A DNA stretch of 64,000 nt from an uncultured Gemmatimonadales bacterium (GCA_963730185.1 CAVSQW010000007.1:480001-544000); one strand, 5' to 3'; shown: positions 9,115 through 19,393, counted from the stretch's first letter. Numbers and translations: made by a program. Notes: generated by a model not told the origin, from the sequence alone.

Positions 9115-10701
9115 GCGGCCTCCGACGGCGGGGGCAGCTCGGCCACGACCCGCAGGAAGGCGTCGTACACCTCCGGCCGCCAGCAGTGCCGCGACTCGGC
9201 CAGCTTGCCAAGGGCCACCTCGACGCTCAGCGCCCCCCGATAGCTTCGGGTGGTGGTCAGCGCGTCGAAGACGTCGACGATTCCGATGATCTCGGCCGAG
9301 AGGAATCTCGTCACCGACCAGCGCGTCCGGATAACCGGTGCCATCGCGCTTCTCGTGATGCCAGCGGATCATCGGCTCCACGTCCCAAGGGAACGGAATC
9401 CCGGCCAGCATCTCGACCCCCCAGACCGGGTGCTTCTTGATCGTCTCGAACTCGTCGTCGGTCAGGCGGCCCGGCTTGTTCAGGACCTCGTGGGGAACCT
9501 TCACCTTGCCGAGGTCGTGGAGGTAGGCGCCGACCCGAATGGTGGTGAGGTCCACGTTGCTCAGACCCAGCTCCCCGGCGAGCGCCACGGCGTAGTCGGC
9601 CACCCGCTCGCAGTGACCGAAGGTGTAGCTGTCGGCCGACTCGATCGATTCGCCCCAGCTCCGGACCACGGCGAGATAGGTGTCTTCGAGATGGCGGACC
9701 TTGGCGGTGACGTCGACCTGCTCGACCCGCGCGTCAAGCCGCTGGAAGAGCCGGTGCGCGCGCGTCAGCAGGGTCAGGGCTTCGCGGTTCCGCCCGGCCT
9801 GACGATAGAGCAGGGCGATCTCGCGCGAGGCCTCGGCCTCGCCGAGCAGCGAGCCGCAGGCGTGGAAGAGGTCGATCGCGGCCCGGAGCCGGGCTTCGGC
9901 CAGGGTCGGCCGCTGGGTGTCCCGATACACCATGCCGAGGAGCTTGTAGGCGCCGGCCTTGTCGGGGCGGGAGTCGAGCTGATCGAAGATCGTGAGCGCT
10001 CGCTCGGCCAGCCGGCCGGCCTCGTCGGTCTGGCCGAGGGCCAGGAGAACCTCACCGTAGTTGAGGCGGCAGAGGCCCTCGAGGTGCCTGTCGCTCAAGC
10101 TCTGGGCGAGCTCGAGACTCTGGCGATAGTGCGCGGCCGCGTCGTCCCATCGACCCTGGTCCGCGTCCACCATGCCGAGGTTGTGGCAGGCCAGCGCGGT
10201 CCCGTGGCGGTCGCCGGCCGTGAGGAAGCCGGCCAGCGAGCGCTCGTAGTGGCCGCGGGCCCGCGACCAGTCGCCCTGCACGTTGGCAATGATCCCAAGG
10301 TTCTGCTCCACCCGAGCGCCGATGATGGCCTCGTGCCCGGCGATCCGGAGCGCCTCCTGAAAGAGGGCTCGGGCGCGATCGTAGGCGCCGGATTCGAGCT
10401 CGATCACCCCGGCGGTGTTGAGCGCCTCGCCGGCCAGGTGAGCATCGTCGGCCTTTCGAGCCAGGGCCGCCGCCTCGCGACAGGCCGACCGAGCGCCCTC
10501 GCGGTCGCCGCGCTGGAAGCAGAGCACCCCCGCGCGTCGCAGGGCTTCGCTGGCGATGGCCGGGAACTCGGCGGCTCCGGCGGCCTCGCGGTAGGCGGCG
10601 AGGGCCAGGGCAGCCTGGCCGGCGCGGTCGAGCTCGCGTCCGCGGGCCAGCGCGGCGTCGGCCTCGAGGGGCCGGGCCGGCCGGACCAGGGTGGCCGTCA
10701 C
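9111..10701 (-). CDS. TPR + HD-GYP cyclic-dinucleotide phosphodiesterase (frameshift near 9300)
   Basis: N-terminal TPRs (QNLGII, HNLGMV, LNYGEV); HCERVA, LHDLGK, HHEKRDGTGYP; C-terminus SAEIIGIVDVFDALTTTRSYR lies in another frame (ORF 9111-9344). Confidence 0.85.
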
Positions 10702-10705
10702 CGCG

Positions 10706-11284
10706 CTACCAGGCGACGGCGTAGCGGGAGAAGTGATCGAGGCGGCCCTCGACCGTCCGGTGCGCCGGATCGTCGCGGGAGGGAATGACCTCGAGGATCG
10801 TCCCGCCGTCGTTGGTGGTATACACCATCCGCTTGGGCGTCCGGACCAGCGCGCACGAGCCGTAATCGAGCTCGAGCCGGGCCGGGACTTGGAACTGGAG
10901 ACCCTCCGGCCCGAACACGACGGAAGCGGTGCCGTCTCCGAGGAAGGTTCCCGAGATCACGACCGGCCGGTCCAGGGCGCCCGGCGGAACGATCAGCTCG
11001 TGCCGCCCGACTTTGAGGCGGCCGCCCTCGGGGCCGATCCGGGCCGCGTTCCGAGCCGGGAGCTCCAGCGGACAGGTGAGCAGTTGGAGAGTCTCCGCGA
11101 GCAGGCTGGTCAGGCCGTTCGTGGTGCGCTGGACGCCGCCGAGCAGCCCGCCGATCAGCGAAGTATTGGGCGCGGGTGGCGGGGGGGCGTTCGACGGCTC
11201 GAACGGCTCGACCGTACAGGAGACGAGTACGAGCGACAGCAGGCCGATGAGGGCGGCACGGGCGGTCAGGCGGCGACGAGACAC
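10706..11284 (-). CDS. Lipoprotein with ZU5-like domain ending HFSRYAVAW
   Basis: GTG 11284 after GGAGA; lipobox-like LVSC; IGPEGGRL..LIVPPGAL..FGPEGLQF..P ZU5 pattern; terminal HFS. Confidence 0.7.
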   Translation of the reverse strand: MSRRRLTARAALIGLLSLVLVSCTVEPFEPSNAPPPPAPNTSLIGGLLGGVQRTTNGLTSLLAETLQLLTCPLELPARNAARIGPEGGRLKVGRHELIVPPGALDRPVVISGTFLGDGTASVVFGPEGLQFQVPARLELDYGSCALVRTPKRMVYTTNDGGTILEVIPSRDDPAHRTVEGRLDHFSRYAVAW

Positions 11285-11679
11285 GACGTTTCTCCGATCG
11301 TCCAGGTTCGGGTCACCGGTTTCGATCACGGTAACGGTGGCACCCCGGAGCGCAACTGGAATGCCGAGCCCGAAGATCGGCAATGCATACAATCTTGACG
11401 CCGAGTCAAGCGATATCTCGTAACTAATTGCAATGACAAGAGATGTCGACCTCGAACGGTGTATTCCAATTTGACGGTATTGTGAAGAAAGCGTACGGTT
11501 CGACGGGGTGGGCGTGGGGGCGGCGAAGAGGAGCTGTCGCGTTGGCACGTCGACAGAAATGGCTCGGGGAGTGGGGTCGGCTCGTCGATTTTCCGTCGTC
11601 GCGGTATTATTGCCGCGCGTTCTCGCTCGGGTCCTGGGAGTCGGCCCGGCCTTCCTCCGCTTCAGCCCCGCAGGTTTCG

Positions 11680-12396
11680 ATGACCGCGCCTCCTCGTGAT
11701 GCCCCCCGCCAGCGCACCGACCTGGTCAGCCAGGCCTATCGTGAGATCCGCGATCTGATCGTCCGGTCTCGGCTGGCCCCCGGCGCTCGGATTCTCGAGC
11801 ATCAGGCGGCGACCCGGCTCGGCCTGAGCCGGACCCCGGTGCGGGCCGCGCTGCAGCGGCTTCAGCAGGAGGGCTACGTCACGGGGGCCGCGCCGGGACG
11901 GCGGGCTCGCCCGACGGTCACTCCGCTCACGATGGAGGACGCACTCGAGCTCTTCTCGATCGTGGGCGAGATCGAGGGGCTGGCGGCGGAGCACTCGGCG
12001 GGCCTGCCGTCGGCGGAGCGGAGGGCGCTGGTGGACGAGCTCACCGCGATCAACGACGAGTATCTTCGGGCCGCCACGTCGGCCCACCCCGAGGGTGACG
12101 ACCTGTTCTCGCTCGACACCCGATTTCACCGGCGGTACGTGGAGGCCGGGGCGGGGGCCAGGTTGGTGGCCCTCCATGACGCGATCAAGCCGCAAACCGA
12201 GCGGTACATCCGGGTCTACCAGACCGCGCTGGTCGAGGCGATCCGGACCTCGGTCAAGGAGCATCGGATCATCGTGGAGCGGATCGCCGAGGGGCCGCCC
12301 GCGACGGCCCAGGAGGCGGTGCGCACCAATTGGCGCAACGCCGCCCTGCGCTTACAGGCGGTCATCGGCTCGCGGGGCGAAACCGGGATCTGGTAA
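11680..12396 (+). CDS. GntR family regulator (FCD domain)
   Basis: LGLSRTPVRAALQRL wHTH; DTRFH and EHRII FCD motifs. Confidence 0.9.
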   Translation: MTAPPRDAPRQRTDLVSQAYREIRDLIVRSRLAPGARILEHQAATRLGLSRTPVRAALQRLQQEGYVTGAAPGRRARPTVTPLTMEDALELFSIVGEIEGLAAEHSAGLPSAERRALVDELTAINDEYLRAATSAHPEGDDLFSLDTRFHRRYVEAGAGARLVALHDAIKPQTERYIRVYQTALVEAIRTSVKEHRIIVERIAEGPPATAQEAVRTNWRNAALRLQAVIGSRGETGIW

Positions 12397-12644
12397 GCCC
12401 CGTAGAGAAGGATCAGTCACCGTTCGTTTGATCCATCGTTTGGACGTCGAAATCTTGGGACCGCTCTGTGCTTGCGCGGCGTGAGATCGGCCATTAGCAT
12501 AGTGGCGTTCAGTAAATTGGATGCAAAGACGTATTCATGACTGTGCGCACCTGAATCGCACCTGATTTGGGGCGCCAACAGGTTCTTTCCCCTCGCGCTC
12601 TTACGGGCGCGGCAATTGTGGTCCAAAGCGCACGGAGTCAACCC

Positions 12645-15587
12645 ATGAGGCTTAGTACAGTCCTCGGCTTGGGCGGCGTCTTCCTGGCTGCAGTCGCAGC
12701 CCCCTTGGTAGCCCAGCAGGAAGTGGGCGGCCGGGTGACGGACGGTCGTACCGGGCGCTCCCTCGAGGGAGCAATCGTGGCGGTGCAAGGCGGGACCCCG
12801 TCGACCCGAACGGACAATGACGGTCGATTCAAGTTGACCGGTCTGAGCGGGGGGACTGTCACCCTCTCGATCACCATGATTGGGTTCCGCCCCGGGACCC
12901 AAACGGCCAACGTTGGCAACATGAACCTCCAGATCACGCTCAACGAGCTGGCGGTGAACCTGGGTGAGTTGGTCGTTACCGGGACGGTCGCGGGGGCCGA
13001 GAAGCGGACGGTCGGCAATTCGGTCACGACGGTGCGGGCGGCGGACGTGCAGGAGATCGCGCCGGCACCGGACGTGAGCAACCTGATCAACGCGCGGGCG
13101 CCGGGCGTGGTGGTGATTCCGGGCAGCGGCCAGGTGGGCGCTGGTCCCCGGATCAAGATCCGGGGCACCAACAGCTTCTCGCTCAACGATCAGCCGCTGA
13201 TCTACGTGGACGGCGTCCGGGTCGCGAACGACGTCTCGACCGGCATCAACGTCCAGGCCTTCGGCTCGGCGCTCGTCTCGCGGCTGAACGACTTCAGCCC
13301 CGACGAGATCGACCATATCGAGATCCTCAAGGGTCCGGCGGCGGCGACGTTGTACGGCACCGAGGCCTCGAACGGTGTGATCCAGATCTTCACCAAGCGG
13401 GGGCAAGCCGGCGGGAAGCCGAAGATCTCGGCGACCGTCCGGCAGGGCACCCAGTGGTTCTCGAATCCGGAAGGTCGGATCCGGCAGCCGGTGAACATGG
13501 TCAACGGCGTCCTGACGGCCTGGGATCCGGTCCGCCAGGAGGACTCGCTCTACAAGCTGGGTCTGGTATCACGGCCGCTGTTCTCGAACGGCTACATGAT
13601 GGGCTACGGCGCCAACGTGGGCGGCGGGAACAGCACCGTCCGCTACTTCGCCGGGGCCACGTTCGACCGGGACAACGGGATCGAGCCGGTCAACAACCAG
13701 CGTCGGCTCACGACCAATCTGAACCTCAATCTGACGCCCTCGGACAAGTGGGACCTCCAGGCGTCGATGTCGTACGTGAAGACCAAGCTCAACCAGGCGT
13801 ACGAGGCCGGCGCGGGCGGGATCTGGTTCTCGACCCTGTTCGGCGATCCGGGGCTGGTCAATCAGCCGGAGCGTGGCTTCCTGTTCGGTCCGCCCGAGTT
13901 CCAGTGGGGGATCGCCCAGCCGTCGCAGAACATCGACCGGATGACCGGGAGCATCACCATCAACCACCGGCCGACCAAGTGGTTCAGCCAGCGGTTGACG
14001 GTGGGTCAGGATCAGACGGCCGAGGCGAGTGAGGAGCTGCAGCCCTATCTGTCGAACCCCGAGTGGGTGCGGTGGTGCTCCGGTGACTGCGCTCTGGGGT
14101 ACAAGTACACCCAGAACCGGGCCATCAGCTACACGACCTTCGACTACAACGCCAACGCCAAGTTCAGCCTCAGCGACAAGATCGGGACCACCACCTCGTT
14201 CGGCGCCCAGTACTACCGGCGGCGGACCAACACGATTTGGGCGGAGGGCGATCGGTTCCCGGCCCCGGGTCTCGAGACGGTGGGAACGACGGCGCAGACC
14301 TTCGGGTTCGACGACTTCATCGAGAACTCCACGGTCGGCTTCTTCGGGCAGGAGCAGGTCGCGATCAACGACAAGCTCTACCTGACCGGCGCCCTCCGGG
14401 TCGACAACAACAGTGCCTTCGGCTCGGACTTCAACTGGATCGTCTATCCGAAGCTCAGCGCCTCCTACGTGGTGGCGGAGGGGCAGACGGGCACGGTGAA
14501 CGCCCTCAAGCTCCGAGCCGCCTACGGTCAGGCCGGTCAGCAGCCGGACGCCTTCGCGGCGCTCCGGAGCTACCAGGCCGTGACCGCCGGCGACGGCTCG
14601 CCGGCCATCATCCCGCAGTTCGTCGGCAACCCGAACCTCAAGCCCGAGCGGGGCACCGAGTTCGAGACCGGCTTCGAGGCGGGGCTCTTCAACGACAAGG
14701 TGGCGGTCGACTTCACCTTCTACTACCAGAAGACGCGAGACGCCATCCTCAACAAGTCGCTGGCGCCGTCGACCGGCTTCCCGGGCCTCCAGTTCGTCAA
14801 CATCGGGTCGCTCCGGAACATGGGCATCGAGGGCCAGATCTCGGTGACCCCGATCGAGCATCGGAACTTCCGGCTCCAGACCGACCTCAACTTCTCCCAC
14901 AACAGCAACAAGGTCCTGAGCCTCGGCGAGGGCGTCGACTCGCTCGGCACCTTCGGGCCCAAGGTCGGCTATCCGGTCGACGCGATCTTCCGGCGCAAGG
15001 TGACGAGCGCCCAGCTGGATTCGAACGGCAACGCGATCAACGTCCTCTGCGACGGCGGCGCCTCGGGCGTCGACAAGGCCTGCAGCTCGGCCGGCGGTCT
15101 TTATCTCGGCGTCTGGGATCCGCGCTGGGAGGGCTCGTTCAGCGCGACGGTGACGCTGCACAACCGGCTCCGCCTGTACGGGCTGGTGGACTTCAAGCTC
15201 GGCAACCGGCACTTCGACAACAACCTGCGCGCCCTCTGCCAGGTGTTCCGTCGCTGTGACGAGAACTTCAACCCGCAGAACTACGACGTGCTGACCATCG
15301 CCGAGATCCAGAGCAACAACGTGGCCCAGAGCTGGGTGATCAACAAGGCGGACTTCGCCAAGATCCGCGAGCTCTCGGTCGGCTACTCCTTCCCGCGGCG
15401 GATGGCGAAGTGGGTCGGGGGGCAGGACGCGACGCTGACCCTGTCCGCCCGGAACCTCCACACCTTTACGGGGTGGAGCGGGATGGATCCCGAGGCCTAC
15501 TTCGTGACCCAGTTGTTCACCCGGTTGGAGCAGGACAACACCCCGCAGCTGGCCTCGTTCCAGGCCACGCTCAACATCTCGTTCTGA
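12645..15587 (+). CDS. SusC/RagA TonB-dependent outer membrane transporter
   Basis: Signal peptide, carboxypeptidase-like N domain, QPLIYVDGV, EILKGPAAATLYGTEASNGVIQIFTK, GNPNLKPE, C-terminal F. Confidence 0.95.
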   Translation: MRLSTVLGLGGVFLAAVAAPLVAQQEVGGRVTDGRTGRSLEGAIVAVQGGTPSTRTDNDGRFKLTGLSGGTVTLSITMIGFRPGTQTANVGNMNLQITLNELAVNLGELVVTGTVAGAEKRTVGNSVTTVRAADVQEIAPAPDVSNLINARAPGVVVIPGSGQVGAGPRIKIRGTNSFSLNDQPLIYVDGVRVANDVSTGINVQAFGSALVSRLNDFSPDEIDHIEILKGPAAATLYGTEASNGVIQIFTKRGQAGGKPKISATVRQGTQWFSNPEGRIRQPVNMVNGVLTAWDPVRQEDSLYKLGLVSRPLFSNGYMMGYGANVGGGNSTVRYFAGATFDRDNGIEPVNNQRRLTTNLNLNLTPSDKWDLQASMSYVKTKLNQAYEAGAGGIWFSTLFGDPGLVNQPERGFLFGPPEFQWGIAQPSQNIDRMTGSITINHRPTKWFSQRLTVGQDQTAEASEELQPYLSNPEWVRWCSGDCALGYKYTQNRAISYTTFDYNANAKFSLSDKIGTTTSFGAQYYRRRTNTIWAEGDRFPAPGLETVGTTAQTFGFDDFIENSTVGFFGQEQVAINDKLYLTGALRVDNNSAFGSDFNWIVYPKLSASYVVAEGQTGTVNALKLRAAYGQAGQQPDAFAALRSYQAVTAGDGSPAIIPQFVGNPNLKPERGTEFETGFEAGLFNDKVAVDFTFYYQKTRDAILNKSLAPSTGFPGLQFVNIGSLRNMGIEGQISVTPIEHRNFRLQTDLNFSHNSNKVLSLGEGVDSLGTFGPKVGYPVDAIFRRKVTSAQLDSNGNAINVLCDGGASGVDKACSSAGGLYLGVWDPRWEGSFSATVTLHNRLRLYGLVDFKLGNRHFDNNLRALCQVFRRCDENFNPQNYDVLTIAEIQSNNVAQSWVINKADFAKIRELSVGYSFPRRMAKWVGGQDATLTLSARNLHTFTGWSGMDPEAYFVTQLFTRLEQDNTPQLASFQATLNISF

Positions 15588-15618
15588 GCCGCTTCGGGGC
15601 GAAAGGAGATTACTGACG

Positions 15619-16932
15619 ATGCGCAACGCATCTTGGGTCATTCGACGGGCGCTGGTGCCACTCAGTGTCCTGGTCCTCCCGCTGGTTACCCTCGCGGGCT
15701 GCAACAAACTGCTCGACGTTCAGGCGCCGAGCCGGGTGGCGGTCGACGTGCTCGACCGGCCGTCCTCCGCCGGCCTCCTGGTGGACGGGGCGCGGGCCGC
15801 CTTCGGGTGCGCCTACCAGGCCTACATCATGGGCAACGCCCTCCTCACCGACGAGATGGACGACACCCAGCTCGCCGCGGCGGCCTGGGATTGGGACCGG
15901 CGGAGCTGGAACGGCTCGCTCGGGCAGGCCTACGCCGAGTCGCCGTGTGACGCCGGCCAGATCTTCGGGACCTACCGGCCGCTCCAGACGGCGCGCTTCT
16001 CGGCCGACGACGCGGTGAACCGGCTGGCGGCCTTCAGCGACGCCGACGTGCCGGGCCGGGCCGCGCTCCAGGCGCAGGCCAACCTGCTGTCCGGGTACAA
16101 CCGAATCATGTTGGGCGAGGGCTTCTGCACGATGGCGATCGACAACGGTCCGGAGATCACCCAGACCGACGTCTTTACCCAGGCCGAGCAGTACTTCACC
16201 GACGCCATCACGTTCGCGGCCTCGGCCGGAGACGCGGATCTGGGTAACGCCGCCAAGGTCGGACGGGCCCGAGCTCGGCTCGATCTGGCCCGGGTTCCTG
16301 GGCAGGCGGTCAGCAACCAGAATTACACCGACGCGATGTCCGATGCGTCGCAGGTGCCGGCCGGGTTCGAGTACGACATGGCCTACAACCCGAACTCGAG
16401 CTACAGCCGGAACAACATCTCGGCCCGGAACCGGAACTTCCTCCAGTACGGCATCGGGGTGAACTACCGGAACCTGAACGATCCGCGGGTCGTGGTGACC
16501 AACTCGGGGCAGACCGGCGCCGACGCGGTCAGCATCGTCTGGCTCACGGACAAGTACCCCAGCCAGAGCTCGCCGATCGTGTTGGCCTCGTACAAAGAGG
16601 CCCAGCTGATCCTGGCCGAGGGGCAGTTGTTCACCAGCGGTCCGGCCGCCGCGGTCGCGACGCTGGACGCCCTCCGGGGCCGGGCCGGTGTGGGTCTGCC
16701 GCCCTACAGCGGCACCGTGGACGCCGCCAGCGTGCAGGCGTTCCTGCTCTCCGAGCGATCCAAGGAGCTGTTCCTCGAGGGGCAGCACTTCTGGGACATC
16801 GCCCGGTTCAACCTGCCGCTCGACCCGCCCGCGGGGACGGTCTACCCGGGCAAGGGCGGCAACTACGGCGATCTCCGCTGCCTCCCGCTTCCCGACATCG
16901 AGCGGATCAACAACCCGAACATCGGGGGATGA
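15619..16932 (+). CDS. SusD/RagB nutrient-binding lipoprotein
   Basis: LAGC lipobox, follows SusC; ERSKELFLEGQHFWD and LPLPDIERINNPN motifs. Confidence 0.9.
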   Translation: MRNASWVIRRALVPLSVLVLPLVTLAGCNKLLDVQAPSRVAVDVLDRPSSAGLLVDGARAAFGCAYQAYIMGNALLTDEMDDTQLAAAAWDWDRRSWNGSLGQAYAESPCDAGQIFGTYRPLQTARFSADDAVNRLAAFSDADVPGRAALQAQANLLSGYNRIMLGEGFCTMAIDNGPEITQTDVFTQAEQYFTDAITFAASAGDADLGNAAKVGRARARLDLARVPGQAVSNQNYTDAMSDASQVPAGFEYDMAYNPNSSYSRNNISARNRNFLQYGIGVNYRNLNDPRVVVTNSGQTGADAVSIVWLTDKYPSQSSPIVLASYKEAQLILAEGQLFTSGPAAAVATLDALRGRAGVGLPPYSGTVDAASVQAFLLSERSKELFLEGQHFWDIARFNLPLDPPAGTVYPGKGGNYGDLRCLPLPDIERINNPNIGG

Positions 16933-16935
16933 TGG

Positions 16936-17100
16936 CGGGGAGTAGGGATTTGGGAGTGGTGACTAGGGAGTGAGTTGGGAGTAGGGAGTAGGGGAAAACG
17001 AGGGGGCCCGCGCAGCAGCGCCGGGCCCCTTCGCACACCCCTACTGCCCACTCCCTACTCCCTCGCTATTCACCACTCACGAATCACCAGTCACTATTCG
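16936..17100. repeat. Heptamer (GGGAGTA-like) inverted repeat element with central GC hairpin
   Basis: gggagta/gtgagtt units, core ggggcccg...cgggcccc, then tactccc/cactcac units; between convergent genes. Confidence 0.75.
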
Positions 17101-17104
17101 CGAG

Positions 17105-18391
17105 CTATGGAAAGTCAGGGAATCTGTCGCCGGTCGGCCAGGTGGTGACGGCGCCCAGGGCCTGGCCGAGGGTCGGGTCGATCAGCGACTCGAACTGGGA
17201 GTTGGGGACCATGGCGCGGGCGTTGAAGACCGCGGCGACGGTGATGCCGCTGGCGTAGCGGGCCACGAACGACGCGGTGCCCGGCAGAGACCCGTTGTGC
17301 CACCAGTTGCCGGGATCGGGGCGCACCAGCCAGCCGAGGCCGTAGAAGTAGGAGGAGCCGGTCCAGACGTTGGGAGGCGCCATCAGCATCTGGATCCGCT
17401 CGGCGGGCCCGATCAGGTCGGGGCGGACCGAGCCGGCGTCCATGGCGGTCATGAACTTGACCAGGTCGACCGCCGAGGCGATCCAGCCGCCGTGGGAGTC
17501 CATGGACTCGATGTAGAACCCGCCGTAGGCGAACGGGACCACGCCCTCGCCGGGGAAGACGGACTCCGCGGTGGCGGGGTCGTAGTAGTGGACCTCGCCG
17601 GCGGCTGCCTGCGGCAGCCGCGAGTGGCCCAGCTCCATCCGGGTGATGCCCGCCGGGGCCATGACGTTGGCCCTCATCCAGTCGCCGTAGGGCTGGCCGG
17701 TGACGTGCTCGATGATCCGGCCCAGGACCATGTAGCCGAAGTTGGAGTAGGCGTAGCGGGCGCCCGGGTCGAAGTCGAGCTGCCGGCCCTCCATATAGGA
17801 GATGACATCCTCGGCACTGGCCGGCTGGGCGGCACCCAGGGCGCCGGCGATCTGGGCGTTCTGGAATACCGGGTCGCCGCTCACGTCGCGGTCCCAGCCG
17901 CCCACGTGCCAGAGCAACTGGCGGACGGTGATGGTGGCGAGCCGCGGGTCGACCGTGGCGCCCGCTGGCGGCACGATGTCGGGGATCAGCGAGAAGGCCG
18001 GGGCGTCGAGGTCGATTTTCCCTTGGGCCGCCAGGCGGAGCAGCCCAGCGGAGGTGAACGGCTTCGAGACGCTGGCGATTCGGAAGAGCGCGTCGGGTTG
18101 GACGGTGGCCTTGGTCAGGGTGTCGGCGTAGCCGAACCCCCGGGCATAGACCAGCCGCTCGCGATAGGCCACCGCCACCGCGCCACCGGGAATCTGCCAG
18201 TTCTGCATCAGGGTCCGAATGCCCTGGTCCATCGCCTGGAGCTCGGGCACGGCGGTCCCGGTGATCGGGAGCTCGGGTGGAGGCGGCGGTGGCGGAGCCG
18301 GCGGATTGGGCGGGGTCGGCCCGCCGCCGCAGGCCAGGGTGAGACCGACCAGTGCGGTGACCGCGCGGCGAGCTCGAGAGTGGTGAGTCAT
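17105..18391 (-). CDS. Serine hydrolase (beta-lactamase family) lipoprotein
   Basis: LTLAC lipobox, Pro-rich linker, FRIASVSK, YSNFGY, HNGSLPG. Confidence 0.9.
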   Translation of the reverse strand: MTHHSRARRAVTALVGLTLACGGGPTPPNPPAPPPPPPPELPITGTAVPELQAMDQGIRTLMQNWQIPGGAVAVAYRERLVYARGFGYADTLTKATVQPDALFRIASVSKPFTSAGLLRLAAQGKIDLDAPAFSLIPDIVPPAGATVDPRLATITVRQLLWHVGGWDRDVSGDPVFQNAQIAGALGAAQPASAEDVISYMEGRQLDFDPGARYAYSNFGYMVLGRIIEHVTGQPYGDWMRANVMAPAGITRMELGHSRLPQAAAGEVHYYDPATAESVFPGEGVVPFAYGGFYIESMDSHGGWIASAVDLVKFMTAMDAGSVRPDLIGPAERIQMLMAPPNVWTGSSYFYGLGWLVRPDPGNWWHNGSLPGTASFVARYASGITVAAVFNARAMVPNSQFESLIDPTLGQALGAVTTWPTGDRFPDFP

Positions 18392-18493
18392 CCTTCCAAT
18401 CTACGGTCCCCGATGCGAGGGGCCACCGCCGGCTGGCCTCCGAGGGCGTTCGGAGGGTAACGTTACCGACACCCCCTCGGAAGTTGGCAAACG

Positions 18494-19393
18494 ATGATCT
18501 TCGCGCGGGTGCTGGCCGGGGTCAGTCTCGTTCTGGCGCCGGTGGTGACGGCGGCGCAGGCCACGCCGCCCGGCACCGACCTCTATCTGGCCAAGCTGGC
18601 GTTCTCTCGGGGCGAGCTCTCGATCTCCGCCCCGACCCGGCTCACCGAGCGGCCCGGGTACGACAACCAGCCGGCGTTTTCGCCGGATGGAAAGCGGATC
18701 TACTACACCTCGATCCGGGGAGCGGGGGCCGAGAGCCAGGCCGATACTTGGGTCCTCGACCTCGCGTCGGGGCGGAGCACGGCGTTCACCGATACGCCGG
18801 AGAGCGAGTACTCGCCGACCCTGATGCCCGGCGGGCGGGAGCTCGCCGTGGTGCGGGTCGAGGCGGACTCGACCCAGCGGCTTTGGGCCTTTCCGCTGGC
18901 GGGCGGTGCCCCGCGGCTGCTGCTCGAGCGGATCAAGCCGGTAGGCTATCAGGTGTGGCTCGACTCGAAGACGGTGGGCGTCTACGTCCTCGGATCGCCT
19001 GCCACCTTCCAGGTGGCCGATCTTCCGAGCGGAACGGCCCGGGTGCTCTTGAGCGACATCGGCCGGTCGCTCCAGCTGGTGCCGGGCCGGCGCGCGGTCA
19101 GCGTGATTCACCGAGTGTCAGAAACCGATTGGTGGCTGACCGAGGTGGACCCGGCGTCGGGTGCGACCCGCCCGGTCGTGAAGATGCCGGACGGGGCCGA
19201 CTACGTGGTGTGGCTCCCGGACGGGTCGATCCTGACCGCGCGGGAGCACGCCTTGCTCCGGTTTCGGCCCGGGGCCGATTCGGCCTTCCGGGTGGTGACC
19301 GACCTGACCGCGGCCGGGGTGGGCCGGATCAGCCGGCTGGCGGTGAGTCCCGAGGGCGACCGGCTGGCGTTCGTCGCGGAGGAAACTCCATGA
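18494..19393 (+). CDS. TolB-like/PD40 beta-propeller protein, secreted
   Basis: Signal peptide; YDNQPAFSPDG, ESEYSP, LAVSPEG. Confidence 0.8.
   Translation: MIFARVLAGVSLVLAPVVTAAQATPPGTDLYLAKLAFSRGELSISAPTRLTERPGYDNQPAFSPDGKRIYYTSIRGAGAESQADTWVLDLASGRSTAFTDTPESEYSPTLMPGGRELAVVRVEADSTQRLWAFPLAGGAPRLLLERIKPVGYQVWLDSKTVGVYVLGSPATFQVADLPSGTARVLLSDIGRSLQLVPGRRAVSVIHRVSETDWWLTEVDPASGATRPVVKMPDGADYVVWLPDGSILTAREHALLRFRPGADSAFRVVTDLTAAGVGRISRLAVSPEGDRLAFVAEETP

Noticed and set aside
8095..10701. 868-aa TPR-HD-TPR single protein
   Set aside because: Created by the frameshift near 9300; two genes with an ATGA overlap explain the motifs better
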